A stretch of DNA of 64,000 nt, from NCBI RefSeq assembly GCF_009914755.1, contig NC_060934.1; one strand, written 5' to 3'. The notes under the pieces were generated by a model. That model ran no database searches. It saw only the letters and a list, made by a program, of their open reading frames with translations, and was not told where the DNA came from. This document shows positions 29,013 through 44,113 of the stretch, piece after piece. This DNA comes from the human T2T-CHM13v2.0 reference genome, Homo sapiens. How positions within the stretch are numbered: position 1 is the stretch's first letter; each line of letters starts with the position of its first letter. The position numbers and the translations under genes are program-made.

Positions 29013-30577
29013 ATTTTCGTTATAATCAGGGAGAAGTATTATTTTCATTTATTTATATTTAAATTTCTTTTCCTTATTTTTTCTCATGTATGTATCATGT
29101 GTAGTCTAGAGAGCTTGAATCCCTGCCTTTTGAGGTAAATCAGCCCATTTCTGTCTCTATAAATTTGCCTTTTTTGAAAATTTCAAATCAATGGAATTAC
29201 ACCATATGTGGTCTCGTGTCTGGCTCTTTTACTTAGCTAATGTTTTTGAGGTTGTTCTATGACATATAACATGTTTTAGTAGTTTGTTCTTTTCATTACT
29301 GAGTAGAAATCCACTGATGGATATATCACATTTTGTCAGCAGAGAGACTTTTAAACTTGGATTCCAACTTCCTCTGATCTAAATGAAACCCTCCCAACAC
29401 AGGACTTGTAGAGGAAGCTGCTGTGCATGTCAAAATAGCTACTTATCAGAACCAGCTTTGTCATCAGGACCCTGAACTGGTGCAGAAATTTTTATTATTT
29501 TGCGACTTCTTTTTTACAGGGAATTTTTGTGCTACTACACATCAGGACTTTTGAAGCATCTGATACATCCATTTAACAAGAATGAGCATGTGTCTGAGTG
29601 GACAAGAAAGTGAAACCATCCATGATACATTGTGTATTTTTTCCTCCCCCAGACTGGACCAGGGAATTTCTTAACTTTCTACAGTATCCTGTCTCCATTT
29701 ACAAAGCTGAACAGTATTAAAGATCCTGCTGCCTTTGTCAGGCAGATTTGGAGGGGAGGCCCAATAGCAAGGGTGGAGAGGAAAAAGAGAGTGGAGCTTG
29801 TGGAACAGGAAGCCCCCCGGGTTCTGCGCTTGGCTCCCAGCTGTTGAGGATGTTGTGGATGGTGAAGTGCTGATGGTGTCCTGAGGCAGCCTAGCACCTC
29901 CAGTGGGCCCAGAAGGTCTTGATTCGAACACTTACCCCTGTTTCACAAGTGTTTAAAAGCTGTTTTTGCTTTTGTTATTTTCCTAAATAATCATTACTTG
30001 GTAGTTAGTTATTAATCTTTCTTTGGGAGAGGGACAGGACTTTAAAACTGAAGAACATAATTTTCATTAAAATATCAAAAATGGAAAAAGGTTACTTTGT
30101 AAACAATTTGCTAAACAAACCAAATGGCAGCTGTTGAGAATCTCAATAAAATGTTAAATGCATATGCTGCTTTTAGAAGAAATAAATTAAAAAATGCATT
30201 TGCTGGCAGTGGTACCCTTTTGCCTAAGGTTGGGTCACTGTGTCATCATACTGTGGTGAGGGTATGTGTGGTGTATATGTGTGAAACTTTTCATCTCAGG
30301 ACGGATCGTAATCTTAGTTGCAATTTTCCTTCCAAATAGGGTTACGAAGTAGTAAAACATGGGCTTGGAAGTGACAGACCTGAGTGAATCAGGACAACTT
30401 AAAAAAAAAATCCAATAAAACTAATTTTTAATAATCCTGAGGTTGGTTTTTGAAACAATAGATACAATTATTTACTCTAAGCATCTGGTTATAATTTTGA
30501 ATCAGTAATACATACTGTCTCCACACTTTTTTTTTATGGAAACAAAGTTTTCATCCAGAAAACCCCAAAACAGTGAC

Positions 30578-30859
30578 TTTTTTTTTTTTTTTTTTTGTAA
30601 GACGGGGTCTCACTCTGTCACCCAGGCTGGAGTGGAGTGGTAGATCTCACCTCACTGCAGCCTTGACCTCCCACCTCAGCCTCCTGAGTAGCTGGGACCA
30701 CAGGCGCCACCGCGCCCGGCTATTTTATTGCATTTTTGGTGGAGATGGGGTTTTGCCATGTTGCCCAGGCAGGTCTCAGACTTCTAGGCTCAAGCCGTTC
30801 GCTCACTTCAGCCTCCCAAAATGCTGTGACTACAGGTGTGAGCCACTGTGCCCAGCCTG
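30578..30859 (-). mobile_element. Alu (AluJ-like)
   Basis: Reverse Alu with poly(T). Confidence 0.9.
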
Positions 30860-31000
30860 GAAGGACTTTTTAAAACATAAGTTCAAGCATCTTATCTGAA
30901 CTCTTTTAATTGGAGGTATCTCTTCTCTCATTATCCTCATCTTTGGTGTTCCCCAGAGTTCACTGCTGACTGGGATGTACAACATATATTTCAAAGTCGA

Positions 31001-32271
31001 GGTTGGGTGCAGTGGCTCACGCCTATAATCCCAGCACTTTGAGAGTCCATGGCAGGCAGATCGCTTGAGTCCAGGAGTCCTAGACCAGCCTGGGCAACAT
31101 GGCGAAACCCTCTTTGTATTAAAAATACAAAAAATTGGGAGTTTCCGGGAGCGCCGCCTGGAGCTGCTGGGCCACTTTTGGCATGGCGGCCTTTTCCCGC
31201 TCGGCTGGGCCAATCCTGTCGCTGAACCCGCAGGAAGATGCCGAGTTGCAGAAGGAAGTGGCACAGGTTCACAAGCGCATAACCAAGCAAAAAAAAAAAA
31301 AACAAAAACAACTTTCTCCTGGAGTAGTCTATGTGCGCCACCTACCTAATCTACTTCAGGAAACCCAGATCCTTTCCTATTTCTCCCAGTGTGACACTGT
31401 TACAAGGTTCAGACTGTCCAGAAAGAAAAGGACTGGAAATAGCAAAGACTATGCATTTGTGGAGTTTGAGTCTGAGGATGTTGCCAAGATAGTTACTGAA
31501 ACAATGAACAACTACCTATTTGGTGAAAGACTCTTGGAGTGTCATTTTATGCCACCTGAAAAAGTACAGAAATAACTCTTTTAAAGACTGGAATATTCCA
31601 TTTAAGCAGCCGTCATATCCATCAGTGAAACGGTATAATCAGAATCGGCACTTACACAAAAGCTACGGATGGAGGAGCGATTTAAAAAGGAAAGAAAGAA
31701 AGAAAGATTTCTCGGAAGAAATTAGCTTAAAAAGGAATTGATTATGATTTTCCTTCTTTGATTTTACAGAAAATGGAAAGCATTTCAAAAACGAATCATC
31801 GGATGTCTACAAAAGGCCAGGTTTTACGTAAGAAGAAGAAAAAGGTTTTAGGCACTCCTGACACTCTTGAAAAGACTGTGGATAGCCAGGGCCCCACACC
31901 GGTTTGTACATCAACATTTTTGGAGAGATGAAAATCTGAAGTGGCTGAAATGAAGGATCATGATGAAGATAATGAAATAGTTTTCAAACAGCCCATATCC
32001 TGTGTAAAAGAAGAAATACAAGATACTCAAACACCTACACATTCACAGAAAAAAAGACGAAGAAAAAGCAATCAGTGATTTTCAATGTAATATATATAAC
32101 ATTTCTTTTGAAAATTGTAATATTTTTATGATACAAAATACAAAAAAATTAGCTGGGCATGGTGGCTCATGCCTGTAGTCCCAGCTGCTTGGGAGGCTGA
32201 AGTGTGAGGATCACCTGAGCCCAGGAAGTTGAGGCTGCAGTGAGCCGTGATCGCCGCACTGCGCTCCAGCC
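31001..32271 (+). mobile_element. Alu split by the NIFK retrocopy (left arm 31001-31136, right arm 32151-32271)
   Basis: Arms join into one Alu; outer TSD aagtcga (30994-31000 / 32272-32278). Confidence 0.88.
31137..32134 (+). pseudogene. NIFKP1: NIFK (MKI67IP) processed pseudogene (probably NIFKP1)
   Basis: Intronless; ATG 31183 [19 protein letters not shown]...[10 protein letters not shown]...[30 protein letters not shown]...[11 protein letters not shown] (premature stop 31573-5); frameshifted remainder up to the parental stop 32076-8; TSD aaaatacaaaaaatt. Confidence 0.95.
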
Positions 32272-32802
32272 AAGTCGAGTCATTACATTTATCTTAACCT
32301 GTTCTAGGCTGGCTTACCAGAGATTTGTATTAAGAATACAATAGGCGATCTCACAGACATCTAAGTACAGAACTCAAAATATGACCCCACCATGGAAGGA
32401 CTGGGCTGGGAGGTGATTTTTCTCCCCTGCATGCCTTCACTCTGGATTTCTGCTCCATGCTTGTGCTTTGCTCTGCAGATGGACGTTGAGCACGTGCTCC
32501 AGGCTTCTCCAGTCTCTGAGGCTTTGGCCTGCCCTGGCAGTACCCCTGGTCCCAATGTTACTGGAACTTTCCTTACAGATGCTCCTCTGCAAAAAAAATC
32601 TGTCGAACACTCTCTGTGTCATTTCCAATTAGCAGGATAGAGAATCTGATCTGTCTAGCAGCAGGGGTGGGAGTTCCCTGGTTGTCCCTGGATTTGTAGT
32701 GCTGCCCTTTCCAAAGACTTGAGGAGGGGCCGGATATCCAAAAAGAGGGTGCAGTTGGGAAATCAGTAATATAGTCTACTTCAACAAGAAAGTATAAAGT
32801 AG

Positions 32803-33139
<337 letters not shown>

Positions 33140-34995
33140 TCATGCTTTCCATATATTTTTTCCACTTTGCCTTTTTTCTGTCTAAAACACTGTATCTTAA
33201 GCTTTTCCCTATGTTATTAAGTACTCATAAGCATTATTTTAATGGTTGTATCAGAAACCATTATCTGGACTCATTATCATTTATCCATCTGCAGTTGCTG
33301 GAGATACTGCCGTTTCTGCCACACTCAGTCACCTTGACTGACCTTGCTCTGTGTCCAGTTATCTACTAATACACATACTGGTCATTTAGGAGTTAAAGTT
33401 AAGAATAAACAGTTATCATAGTTCCTAACACTTCAAAAAGAATGTATCTTCCTAAAAATAGAATGACTTGGTGGTTAAGATAATTTTAAAGTAAAATAGA
33501 TAAATCGGTATTGAAATTAACATTTTGCTTTCTTCTTGTATCTATTCTTCATTTCTCTGTCATTTTGATGGATAAAGTTTCATTTGGAGGGATTTTTATT
33601 TCAAAATAGAAATAGCATATGACATGAGAATGGGAACTCTGAAAGGTTCAACTTTCTAGTCATTAGTTTCCTAAGATTTTCACAAAAGCTACCGATAGCC
33701 AATCATGATTGGCCTGTATTGAAAGTGAGTTGACATTATATACAACTTATGCATATACTTTCTATCAGATATAGAAAAATAGGTGGTGTGTTTGGAAAAG
33801 TATTGGGCTAGGAGTCAGGAAGCTTGACTGTTGACTGTTGGTCCCAACCCTAGGCTTGTTCAGCTGAGCACCCCTAGACAGTAATTCAGCAGCTATTTCT
33901 TAAATACCTAATGAGTTTCAGACTTTGTAGTTGGGCTGGGAATATAGACAGTCATGCATTCATGATTCTCCAAGCCTCCTATTCTCACCCCAGCTCACTG
34001 TGAGCTTTCTTATGCATTGTGTAAATTTGTCTCCTAACAGTCCCCAACTCTCTCTCCAACCGGCTTCCCAGGGCAGTTGTGCAGATCAAATGAGAGAGAA
34101 TATGTGTGAAAGCAAATTGTAAATGATTTTAAAATGCAATAAAAATATGACCCATGAAAAATTATTTAAAGATCCTTAGAATTTTAAATAAACAGTACAT
34201 TAACCTGAGTTCTCTATGGTTTTTATTTTAAATAGATATGAAAGTTTTCCAACGGACCACTGATATTGTTGAAATTCTTGGCTTGATTATTCTCCAAGAA
34301 AATGATAGAGTGGTTTGTGTGATTAATTTTCTAAAATTGCCAGCCAAAAAAAAAAAAAATCTTTTTTGAGTTGAATGACTAGATCAAAGGAACGTTGACT
34401 GTATAATGGAGAAATGTTTTCTGTGTTCACTAACAGCTTGCCTTTGTTTGATTCCAGCTGCAGCATATCGTGAGTGATGAGATCCATGTGCGGGTGACTG
34501 ATCTTTACCCGGCAGAAAATAATAATGGGGCCACTGGAGCCCAGCCGAACACACAGAACTCAAGGAGCCTCCTGGAGTCAGCGTATCAGTAGAAAGCCGA
34601 ACAGCTAATGTCAGATGAGAATTGCTTTAAGATGAGAGTTGCTCATGCAGTCAAAGACCTTGCTGCTGACAGTGTAAGTTGTTAGGATTCTCTGAACCTG
34701 AAGTTAAAGCCAGGGTATTTTGACCCGGTGATTCTACTGCTGGAACTTTTTAGAGTTCCTAATGAGTTCACCAGAGAAATACAAAGGGGAAAAACTATCT
34801 TCCTGGACAATCTACTTTGTTTCTTTCTTGCCTTTAAAAAAAAAAAGAAAAAAAACTAGTTATGTATGATTTTTACAATTTTGTATTCTTCATTTTCTCT
34901 GAATATTTTTCATAGTATACTTTGTAAGTATTATTGTTAGAAAAATGTTGGTACATGAAATCCATGGTCATGGTCATTATAGAAAAGAAAATGTA

Positions 34996-35293
<298 letters not shown>

Positions 35294-35418
35294 ATGTAGA
35301 TAACCAAAAAAAGTCACCTTAGAATTCTTCCCTGAAGTTGCCATTGATGACATTTCTAGACTTTTCTATGCTTGAATATATATTTTGAAAGAGTTTATAT
35401 TGGACAAATGGTCTTTAA

Positions 35419-36339
<921 letters not shown>

Positions 36340-36864
36340 GAAATGGCGTATTTTTGCTCAATTAGCAACACTTTTGGGTCTTTAATGTATTTTCTATGGC
36401 TATTTGATATTCACTTTATAGAGAATTAGTGCCTGTATTGTTGGACATTTAGGTCGTTTCCAATTTTTCACCATTGCAATGGATAATTATAAAAGCAAAT
36501 AGTTGGAAACAACCTAGATGTCCAACCCACTATGGGGATGGGTTAATGACATGCTGTTATGAATACTGGAGACATATTTTGCAATTCTTAAAAATATATT
36601 ATAAGTTGTAAAACTGCAGTATCTGTGCCCCCCACAAATCTATTTTGGAAATAGCTGTATTTGTGTGTATATATTAAGTTATTGTCAGGTTGTAAGCTTT
36701 ACTAGCAGAGGGGAATTTTGAAGGCTTTAAAAGAACACTGAGCTAGATCTAGCTTCTGGCTCTGTGTGTTTATTGACTAGTGGTGTGCCTTGAGAAACCA
36801 GAAGTCTCTGAATTTCAGTTTTGTCTCTGTGTAAAATGAAGAAGGTTGAAATAAAAAATTCTCA

Positions 36865-37293
36865 GCCGGGCATGGTGGCTCACACCTGTAATCCCAGCAC
36901 TTTGGGAGGCTGAGGCAGGCAGATCACGAGGTCACGAGATCAAGACCATCCTGGCTAATATGGTGATATCCTGTCTCTACTAAAAATACAAAAAAATGGG
37001 GCCGGGCGCGGTGGCTCACGCCTGTAATCCCAGCACTTTGGGAGGCCGAGGAGGGTGGATCACGAGGTCAGGAGATCGAGACAATCCTGGCTAACATGGT
37101 GAAACCCCATCTCTACTAAAAATACAAAAAAATTAGCCAGGCATGGTGGCGAGCACCTGTGGTCCCAGCTATTTGGGAGGCTGAGGCAGGAGAATGGCGT
37201 GAACCCAGGAGGCGGAGCTTGCAGTGAGCCAAGATCAGAGATCACGCCACTACACTCCAGCCTGGGTGACAGAGCAAGACTCCGTCTCAAAAA
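36865..37293 (+). mobile_element. Alu left monomer plus full AluY/Sc-like element
   Basis: gagatcgagac...ctggctaac and ggcgtgaaccc diagnostics. Confidence 0.9.
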
Positions 37294-38377
37294 ATCTCAA
37301 GTTTCCTTCCAGGCTCTGATCTTCTCCATGTGATTCTGATAGTTACCTTGTCTGCAGAAAGCCCTTAGAGTAATGGCACTGAGAATCTCAGGGTTCTGAA
37401 AGGGGAGATCACGTGCTATCACCATTGATAGTTGTTTTGTGCAAAACATGGTTTGCTTGCCTCTATTGGTGTGTTGCTTTTAAGTATGTATTTTTTTTTT
37501 AAATCAGACAAATAATATTAGTGGAACTCGGAATTTCAGGAACTTCATATGCAGTTGGTGCCATTGTAACAGTACTTTTCTTGTTTTGTTTTTTAGAAAG
37601 GGTCTCACTCACCTGCTTTTGAGAAAGCAGGGGGACTGGCTTTGGCTGGAGACAGGGTCAAAAGGGCTCTCCTGGAATGGCACATTCCCATCCCAGGGAG
37701 GGAGCTCTGTTGGGAACATGAGATGGACCAATAAGATCCATCCATTAGGAAAGTGGCCCTTGGTCTGTCCAGTTTTAATGGAGGAGGGTGCTTGGTGCAA
37801 TGACCACTTCTGATGGGGAAACTATTCAGAGACATGGGCATTCATTGTTTTTCCCACGTGTGCCCCACTGGGGCCCAAACTTGAGGGGTGAAAAGTTCCA
37901 GGAGACAGATCAAGAGTGGTGTACATGCCATGGCTGCCCAGGCTGGGCTCTTCCCACCGCCCCTCGGCCCTACCCTCTGGAACCCTGGGCAGGCTGGCAG
38001 AAGCCCTTTTTGTGGTCTGGGCTTCTGGCCAAGATGCCTATGGCTTCCTAACACCTGTGTGGGGCAGTCTAGTGTAAAGATCCTGAAAGTAGGAGAAGAG
38101 CAGTTGATCAAGTGAATCCAAGATGTAACTAAAACTGTCTCTGATGGCAAAGCCTTTGATGCTGAAGAGTCTGGCCCATAGAAAGATGGCCCTGAGCATG
38201 GCACCTCTGACTAAATCCGTCACTCTGGCCCACTGAGCATATGAGCCCAGCCTTGCTCACAGTCGGGGCGGGAGGAAGACCTCATGGAGGCCACTCGATA
38301 ACTGCACTTCCCGTCATAGCTGATTTCACCCACACCGTCCTCTGCCCCAGCCAGCCCAGCCCCGTCATGCCCTGCCG

Positions 38378-38760
38378 TTGCAGTCAGGGCTCTTTAGGGT
38401 GAGTAACAGAAAATTCACTCGAGTTGGCTTAGGCAAGAAGGGAAGTTCATTGGTCATTAAGTTAGCCACAGGCAGGGCAGGGAACAGTTGGGCCTCAGGA
38501 ATACCTGGACTCAGAGTCACCAGCACTGTCAGGATTTGCAGGCTCCTTCCCTTGTCTCTGTCTCCATCTCCGCCTGCAGATCAGTTTTGTGCTCTCAGAG
38601 CAACTTTCCCCACAAGGTTGGAATCAGACTGTTGGCAGCACGAGGCTTCCGTCTTCCTGGCTTTGCCCCCAAGAAAGGATGGGGCTCCCCTCCATTAGTT
38701 CCTATTCAGAAAATTCCAGAAGAGAGCTTCTGCTTGGTCTGGTCTGGGTTGGCCGGGTAG
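38378..38760 (-). mobile_element. LTR33-like ERVL LTR remnant
   Basis: cagtcagggctcttt...aacagaaaattcactcgagttggcttaggcaagaagggaagttcattgg. Confidence 0.5.
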
Positions 38761-38819
38761 CTGGGACACTAAATCTGCCAAGCCCTCTAGCGGCATGTGG
38801 TTGAAGAAAGGTGGAGAGA

Positions 38820-39213
38820 TGTATTAGTCAGTTCAGGGTGCCATGCCAAAATACCACAGACTGGGTGGCTTAAACCACAAATATTTATTTCTCCCAGTTC
38901 TGGAGGCTAGGAAATCCAAGATCAAAGTGCCACCAAGGTAGGTTTCATTCTGAGGCCTCTTCTCTTGGTCTGTAGGTGGCTGCCATATCGTGTGCTCACA
39001 TGATCTCTTCTTTGTATTTGTGCAGAGAGAGAGTGAGTGCACTCTCTGGTGTCTCCTCTTATAAGGACACTAATTCTATGGAATCAGGGCCCCACCCTTA
39101 GGACCTCATTCAACCTTAATGACTCCCTGAGAGGCCTCATCTCCAAATACAGCCACACAAAGGTTTAGGGCTTCAACATATGAATTTGGAAGAGACAGAG
39201 ACATTCAGTCCAT
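38820..39213 (-). mobile_element. MLT1-type MaLR solo LTR
   Basis: tgtattagtc...aataccacagactgggtggcttaaac...tctggaggctaggaaatccaagatcaa...acattcagtccat. Confidence 0.85.
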
Positions 39214-39307
39214 GATGGGAAGAAAAACTATTCACCAAAAAAGGGATGCAGTGGCCAGAAAAGGGGGCAGATGAAACTACAGATGCTCTCCCCATTTCCC
39301 CCAATAC

Positions 39308-39310
<3 letters not shown>

Positions 39311-39361
<51 letters not shown>
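39311..39361. repeat. (CA)n microsatellite
   Basis: CA run with one interruption. Confidence 0.92.
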
Positions 39362-39789
39362 GCCCTGCCTTTGCCCTTTCCCAACAAGGCCACTCCCCAC
39401 CCCATGTTTATTTACCTGCCTCCTATCCTGCTCTCTGAAGCTGCCCCTTCCCCTAAGTTGTCCTGTTGCTCACTGAATGCTACACACAGGTAGGTGCATG
39501 TAAATGTAGCCAGATACTACATGGTCCTCCTGGACCATGTGTGTTCTGAGCCCCACCATGGGACTGGGCAGGAAGTAGGTATCACCCATGTCTATTGTCC
39601 TCAGGCAGAGCCTAGCTCTGGGACACGAGCTCAGTGGGTGCTGCGGCTTTGTTGGGTTCACCTCAGGCCCCCTTACCCCCAATCCACTTATAAGGTTCCC
39701 AGGGCCTTGATACCTCTGTCCTTGGAAGAAAAGAATGTGATTACCTAGCTCACACAAACCTGCTGGTGGCTTCCCGTAATAGAAGGACA

Positions 39790-40970
39790 TAATTTTCTAG
39801 TTCAAAAGAGTCTATCAAGTGACAAGCACAGTGAATGAAGAAAGACCTACAACAAGGCACATCATTGGGAAATTCCAGAAAACCAAGGATAGAGAGAAAA
39901 TCCTAAAATCTTCCAGAGAGAAAAGACAGGTCATATATAAAGAGCCAAGACTCCGCATGACACTGCCTTCTTCCCAACAACACCGGGAGCTGGAAAATAA
40001 TACAGCAATATTTCCCAATGTGAGGAGAAGTTACGTTTAAATTAGAGCATTATATCCAGCCAAACTATTAATCAGGAGTTGGGGTAGAACAATGACATTT
40101 TAAAATATGTGGGAGTCAGCAAGCTTGGCTTCCATTCACTCTTTCTCAGGAAGCCACTGGAAGATGTATTGCAGCACAATGAGAGGGTAAACCAAGGAAA
40201 AAGAAGATATGGGGCCAGGGAACGGGAGATGCACACAGAAGAGGCAGCAGAAAATTCAGAGAAATGCCAGGATGCCAGCCGTGCCATGGGCTGAGAGAGC
40301 TGAGTCCAGTTTGGAGCATAAGGATGGAGGGCAAGGGAGAAAGGGATGCCTCCTGGAAAATAACAGGGCTGATAGGGTAGCTGGTGTATCTTAGTTTTTG
40401 GATAATTATTACTAGGCATTTCATAGATCAGTTGGAGCATCTGGGGAAAAAAAAGTAGTTAATAGGGACAAAAACGTATAAGCAAATGAAGGGAAACAAT
40501 CTGAAGCAATTATCAGCTCCAGGGGAAAAAAAGGAAAGAAATGAAACAAATTCAGTGCAGGACTTGGCTTAGGAAACAAAATTTAGATATCTATAAGACT
40601 GTAAATGCATTTGATTTCATAAGATTGTGATCCAGTCAAATTGGTAGAATGGAGGCTCCCTTACTTGTAAGGGAGGTAAGCCTTATACTCTGTTATGCCA
40701 GGAAGTCGACAGATGCTGAGGAAAACAAATCAAGAAATAGCAACATAAGCATTATTTAGAAATATGATTATACCAGAGGAAGTAGCAAAATGAGTTTAAA
40801 GTGATGGCCTCTGGGAATTAGGACTCAAAGGCAAGAAAGGAAAGGGCAGAGGAAATGCTTTCTGATATAACCCTTTTATTACCATTTTGTTCTTTTTTTC
40901 TTCTTCTTTTGTCTTACTGAGGATTTCTTGCTCCAGATACCATTTTGTTCTTAACTCTGTGTATCTAGTA
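39790..40970 (+). mobile_element. Ancient L1/HAL1 ORF1-region remnant
   Basis: RPTTRHIIGKFQKTKDREKILKSSREKRQVIYKEPRLR resembles L1 ORF1p. Confidence 0.75.
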
Positions 40971-41301
40971 CTTTGATCAGAATTAAATATAATGTTATAA
41001 GTTCTGGAGATCTGTTCTACAGAATGATGACTACAGTTAATAATAATGTATACTTGAAAATTGCTAAGAGAGATTTTTTGCTTTTATTATTATTTTTAAT
41101 TGACACAAGAATTGTACATATTTTTGGGGTACAGTATAATATTTTTATACAATGTGCAATGATCCAATCAGGGTAATTAGCATCTCCACCACCTCAAACA
41201 TTTATCTTTTCTTTGTTCTGGGAGCATTCAAAATGCACTCTTCTAGCTATTTGAAAATATATAATAAATTGTCATAAATTATCATCACCCTATAATGCTA
41301 A

Positions 41302-41631
<330 letters not shown>

Positions 41632-41938
41632 ATGTACTCATGTATCTGTTAACCTGTTAGCCAACCTTTGGCTACCCCCTCCCCCTTACCCTTCCTCGCC
41701 TCTAGTAAACACTATTCTAAGCCAATAGATCTTAAATATTCTTACCACAATAATAATAATAATAATAAAAGTATGTGAAGTGATGAAAATGTTAATTAAC
41801 TTGATTTAATCATTTCATAATGTATGCATATATCAAAACATCACATTGAACACTGTAAATATACACAATTTTTATCAATTATACTTTAATAAAGATGGAG
41901 GAAGAATTGAATATAACATTAAAACAAAAAACAATTGC

Positions 41939-42196
41939 AGGCCGAGCGCAGTGGCTCACGCCTGTAATCCCAACACTTTGGGAGGCCGAGGCGGGCGGAT
42001 CACCTGAGGTCAGGAGTTCAAGACCAGCCTAGCCAACATGGTGAAACCCCATCTCTATGAAAAATGCAAAAATTATCTGGGTGTGGTGGCGCACGTCTGC
42101 AATCCTAGCTACTCCGGAGGCTGAGGCAGGAGAATTTGCAGTAAGCCGAGTTTGCGCCACTGCACTCTAACTGGGCAACAGAGTGAGACTCTGTTT

Positions 42197-42230
<34 letters not shown>
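41939..42230 (+). mobile_element. Alu with (CA)n tail
   Basis: Alu consensus, internal deletion in the right arm; aaaa(c)aattgca TSD. Confidence 0.9.
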
Positions 42231-42232
<2 letters not shown>

Positions 42233-43499
42233 CCATCAACAACAACAACAAAAATTGCAAAACCTAAAGAAAGTCTTTAATCTAGTCCAGACCAGCCTTT
42301 TACAGATGAGGTCACTGAAGTGCAAAGAGGTGAACTGACTTGTCTAATCTTACACAGCAAGTCGCCGGCAGAACTTGACCTGAAATCCAAAGCCAAGCAT
42401 TTTCTATTACCTCCAGGCTTTTCAGTCCAGCCCTCCCGGGGGCTCTGCTTTGGGGATTGGTATTGGTGACAAAGGGAATAGACTGGAACATGCATAGAGC
42501 TCTCCATTTAGATTGACATTTTCACACTGTGCCAGGTCGTCGGCAAGAAACAGTGCAAGCTCCAAGATTGCTCGCCCCGACCCTTTTCCTCCTCCCCAAC
42601 CTCTCTCATAACCAACTTCAGCTAAAAGGTCTGAGAAGAAAAGGGAATCTTAGATGACTCTCACTAGGGTGTAAATGACTCCCACCATGATTTTTATTTT
42701 ATTGAGTCATAACTCCAAAAGCAGTTTGATAGATAGGATGTCAGGCAGTAGGATGAAGACAGATGGGGAAACTGCCTAGGCTCATGAAGAAGGTGAAGGC
42801 ACTGAGGCCCTGAGTAATTTCATAAAGAACACCTTAGAAAATGTCCAGCACCGTGGTTTCTTACCTTCACTTAGCACTCACAAGGCCCCACATTCTGACA
42901 GATTTTGTTTATCAGACAAATTGCACTCAGTCGGGCTTTTTTCATTTTCCTCAGAGAGTTCTCAGGTTGCACAGAATTGAGATAATCTCCCTGCCTCACC
43001 GTCTCCCCCACGAAGACACTCCATGTTTTTGTTTGCAATACAGTCTTTTATGGATCAATGTAAGATTTTCATGGTGTTCTTTGCATTTTGCAAGTATTGC
43101 TCAAACTGGAGACCCAAAAAGAGCACTACCTTTAGAGTCAAAGACCCCTAGGTTCCAATTTCAGCTGAGATACTGTGAGCACATCACTAGCCCACTCTGA
43201 TCCTATATCCCGGTTGTATAATCACCTATTTCCCATCAATTGCGAGGCTGGAGATAAAAGTGCCTACTCTGCCCAGTACACAATAGGAGCTCAGTAAACT
43301 TAAGTTCTCTTGCTTACCCACTATCCTAATGTATTAGGGGAAAGACAGAGATGTGGGGAATGGCACCTGGGAGGTTCCAGCTGTATGCTTCACAATGCTA
43401 CCAATGAAAATTCTGAATTAGGCTTCAGTTTCCTCTCTACAAAATGAGACAGGACAGGAGTGGGTAGGAAGAGGAAGAGCTTGGCTTTGTTGGTTTAAG

Positions 43500-43970
43500 C
43501 TGGGCCCGTCTGATTCCGTAACGCAGGCTTCACTGCGGGGTCCAGCCCATTCCCCACCCAGGGCTTCGGGTGCTCTGAATGTCTTTTGGTCAACTCCAAG
43601 GCTGCCCAGGATCAGGGTGGGGAGGCAGGGTGGTGGGTAGTGGGGTAGAGAGAAGCAGTTCCCCCACATAACCTGCAGGTGGCACCAGAGCAACGTGGGA
43701 GCCGAGGGTTCCGCTGTAGCCTTCCTGGAGACTCACCCAGGCAGGGCGAGGTAGGGCGAGGCAGAGGTGGTGCACACCGTTCAGCTGGGCAGCGGCCTGA
43801 GCGCGCCTGCGGATCAGTCCACACCGTTTGAAATCGACACATGGGTCTTCTGGCTAATTTGCTCTCTTTGGCAGGGTGATCATATGATTTATCATCCAAA
43901 TCCGGACATTCGGAGAGTGCAAGGGGCACTGTTATAATTGCACCGGGACAGCAGACATAACCTTACGTGT
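43500..43970. promoter_or_regulatory. Small CpG-retaining unique element with a CTCF-like motif
   Basis: Local CpG enrichment outside repeats; CCTGCAGGTGGCAC at 43672-43685. Confidence 0.5.
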
Positions 43971-44113
43971 ACTTTGCAAACCAGAACATATGGTCACCCC
44001 ACCCTCTGGTCACTTCTTCTTCCTTGTTTCCATTCTTTCTTTTATTTTTTTTTTCTTTTAAAACACACAGCATTCTTTTCCCCGAGCACCATTGTCTTTG
44101 AAAATGCCTTTGC

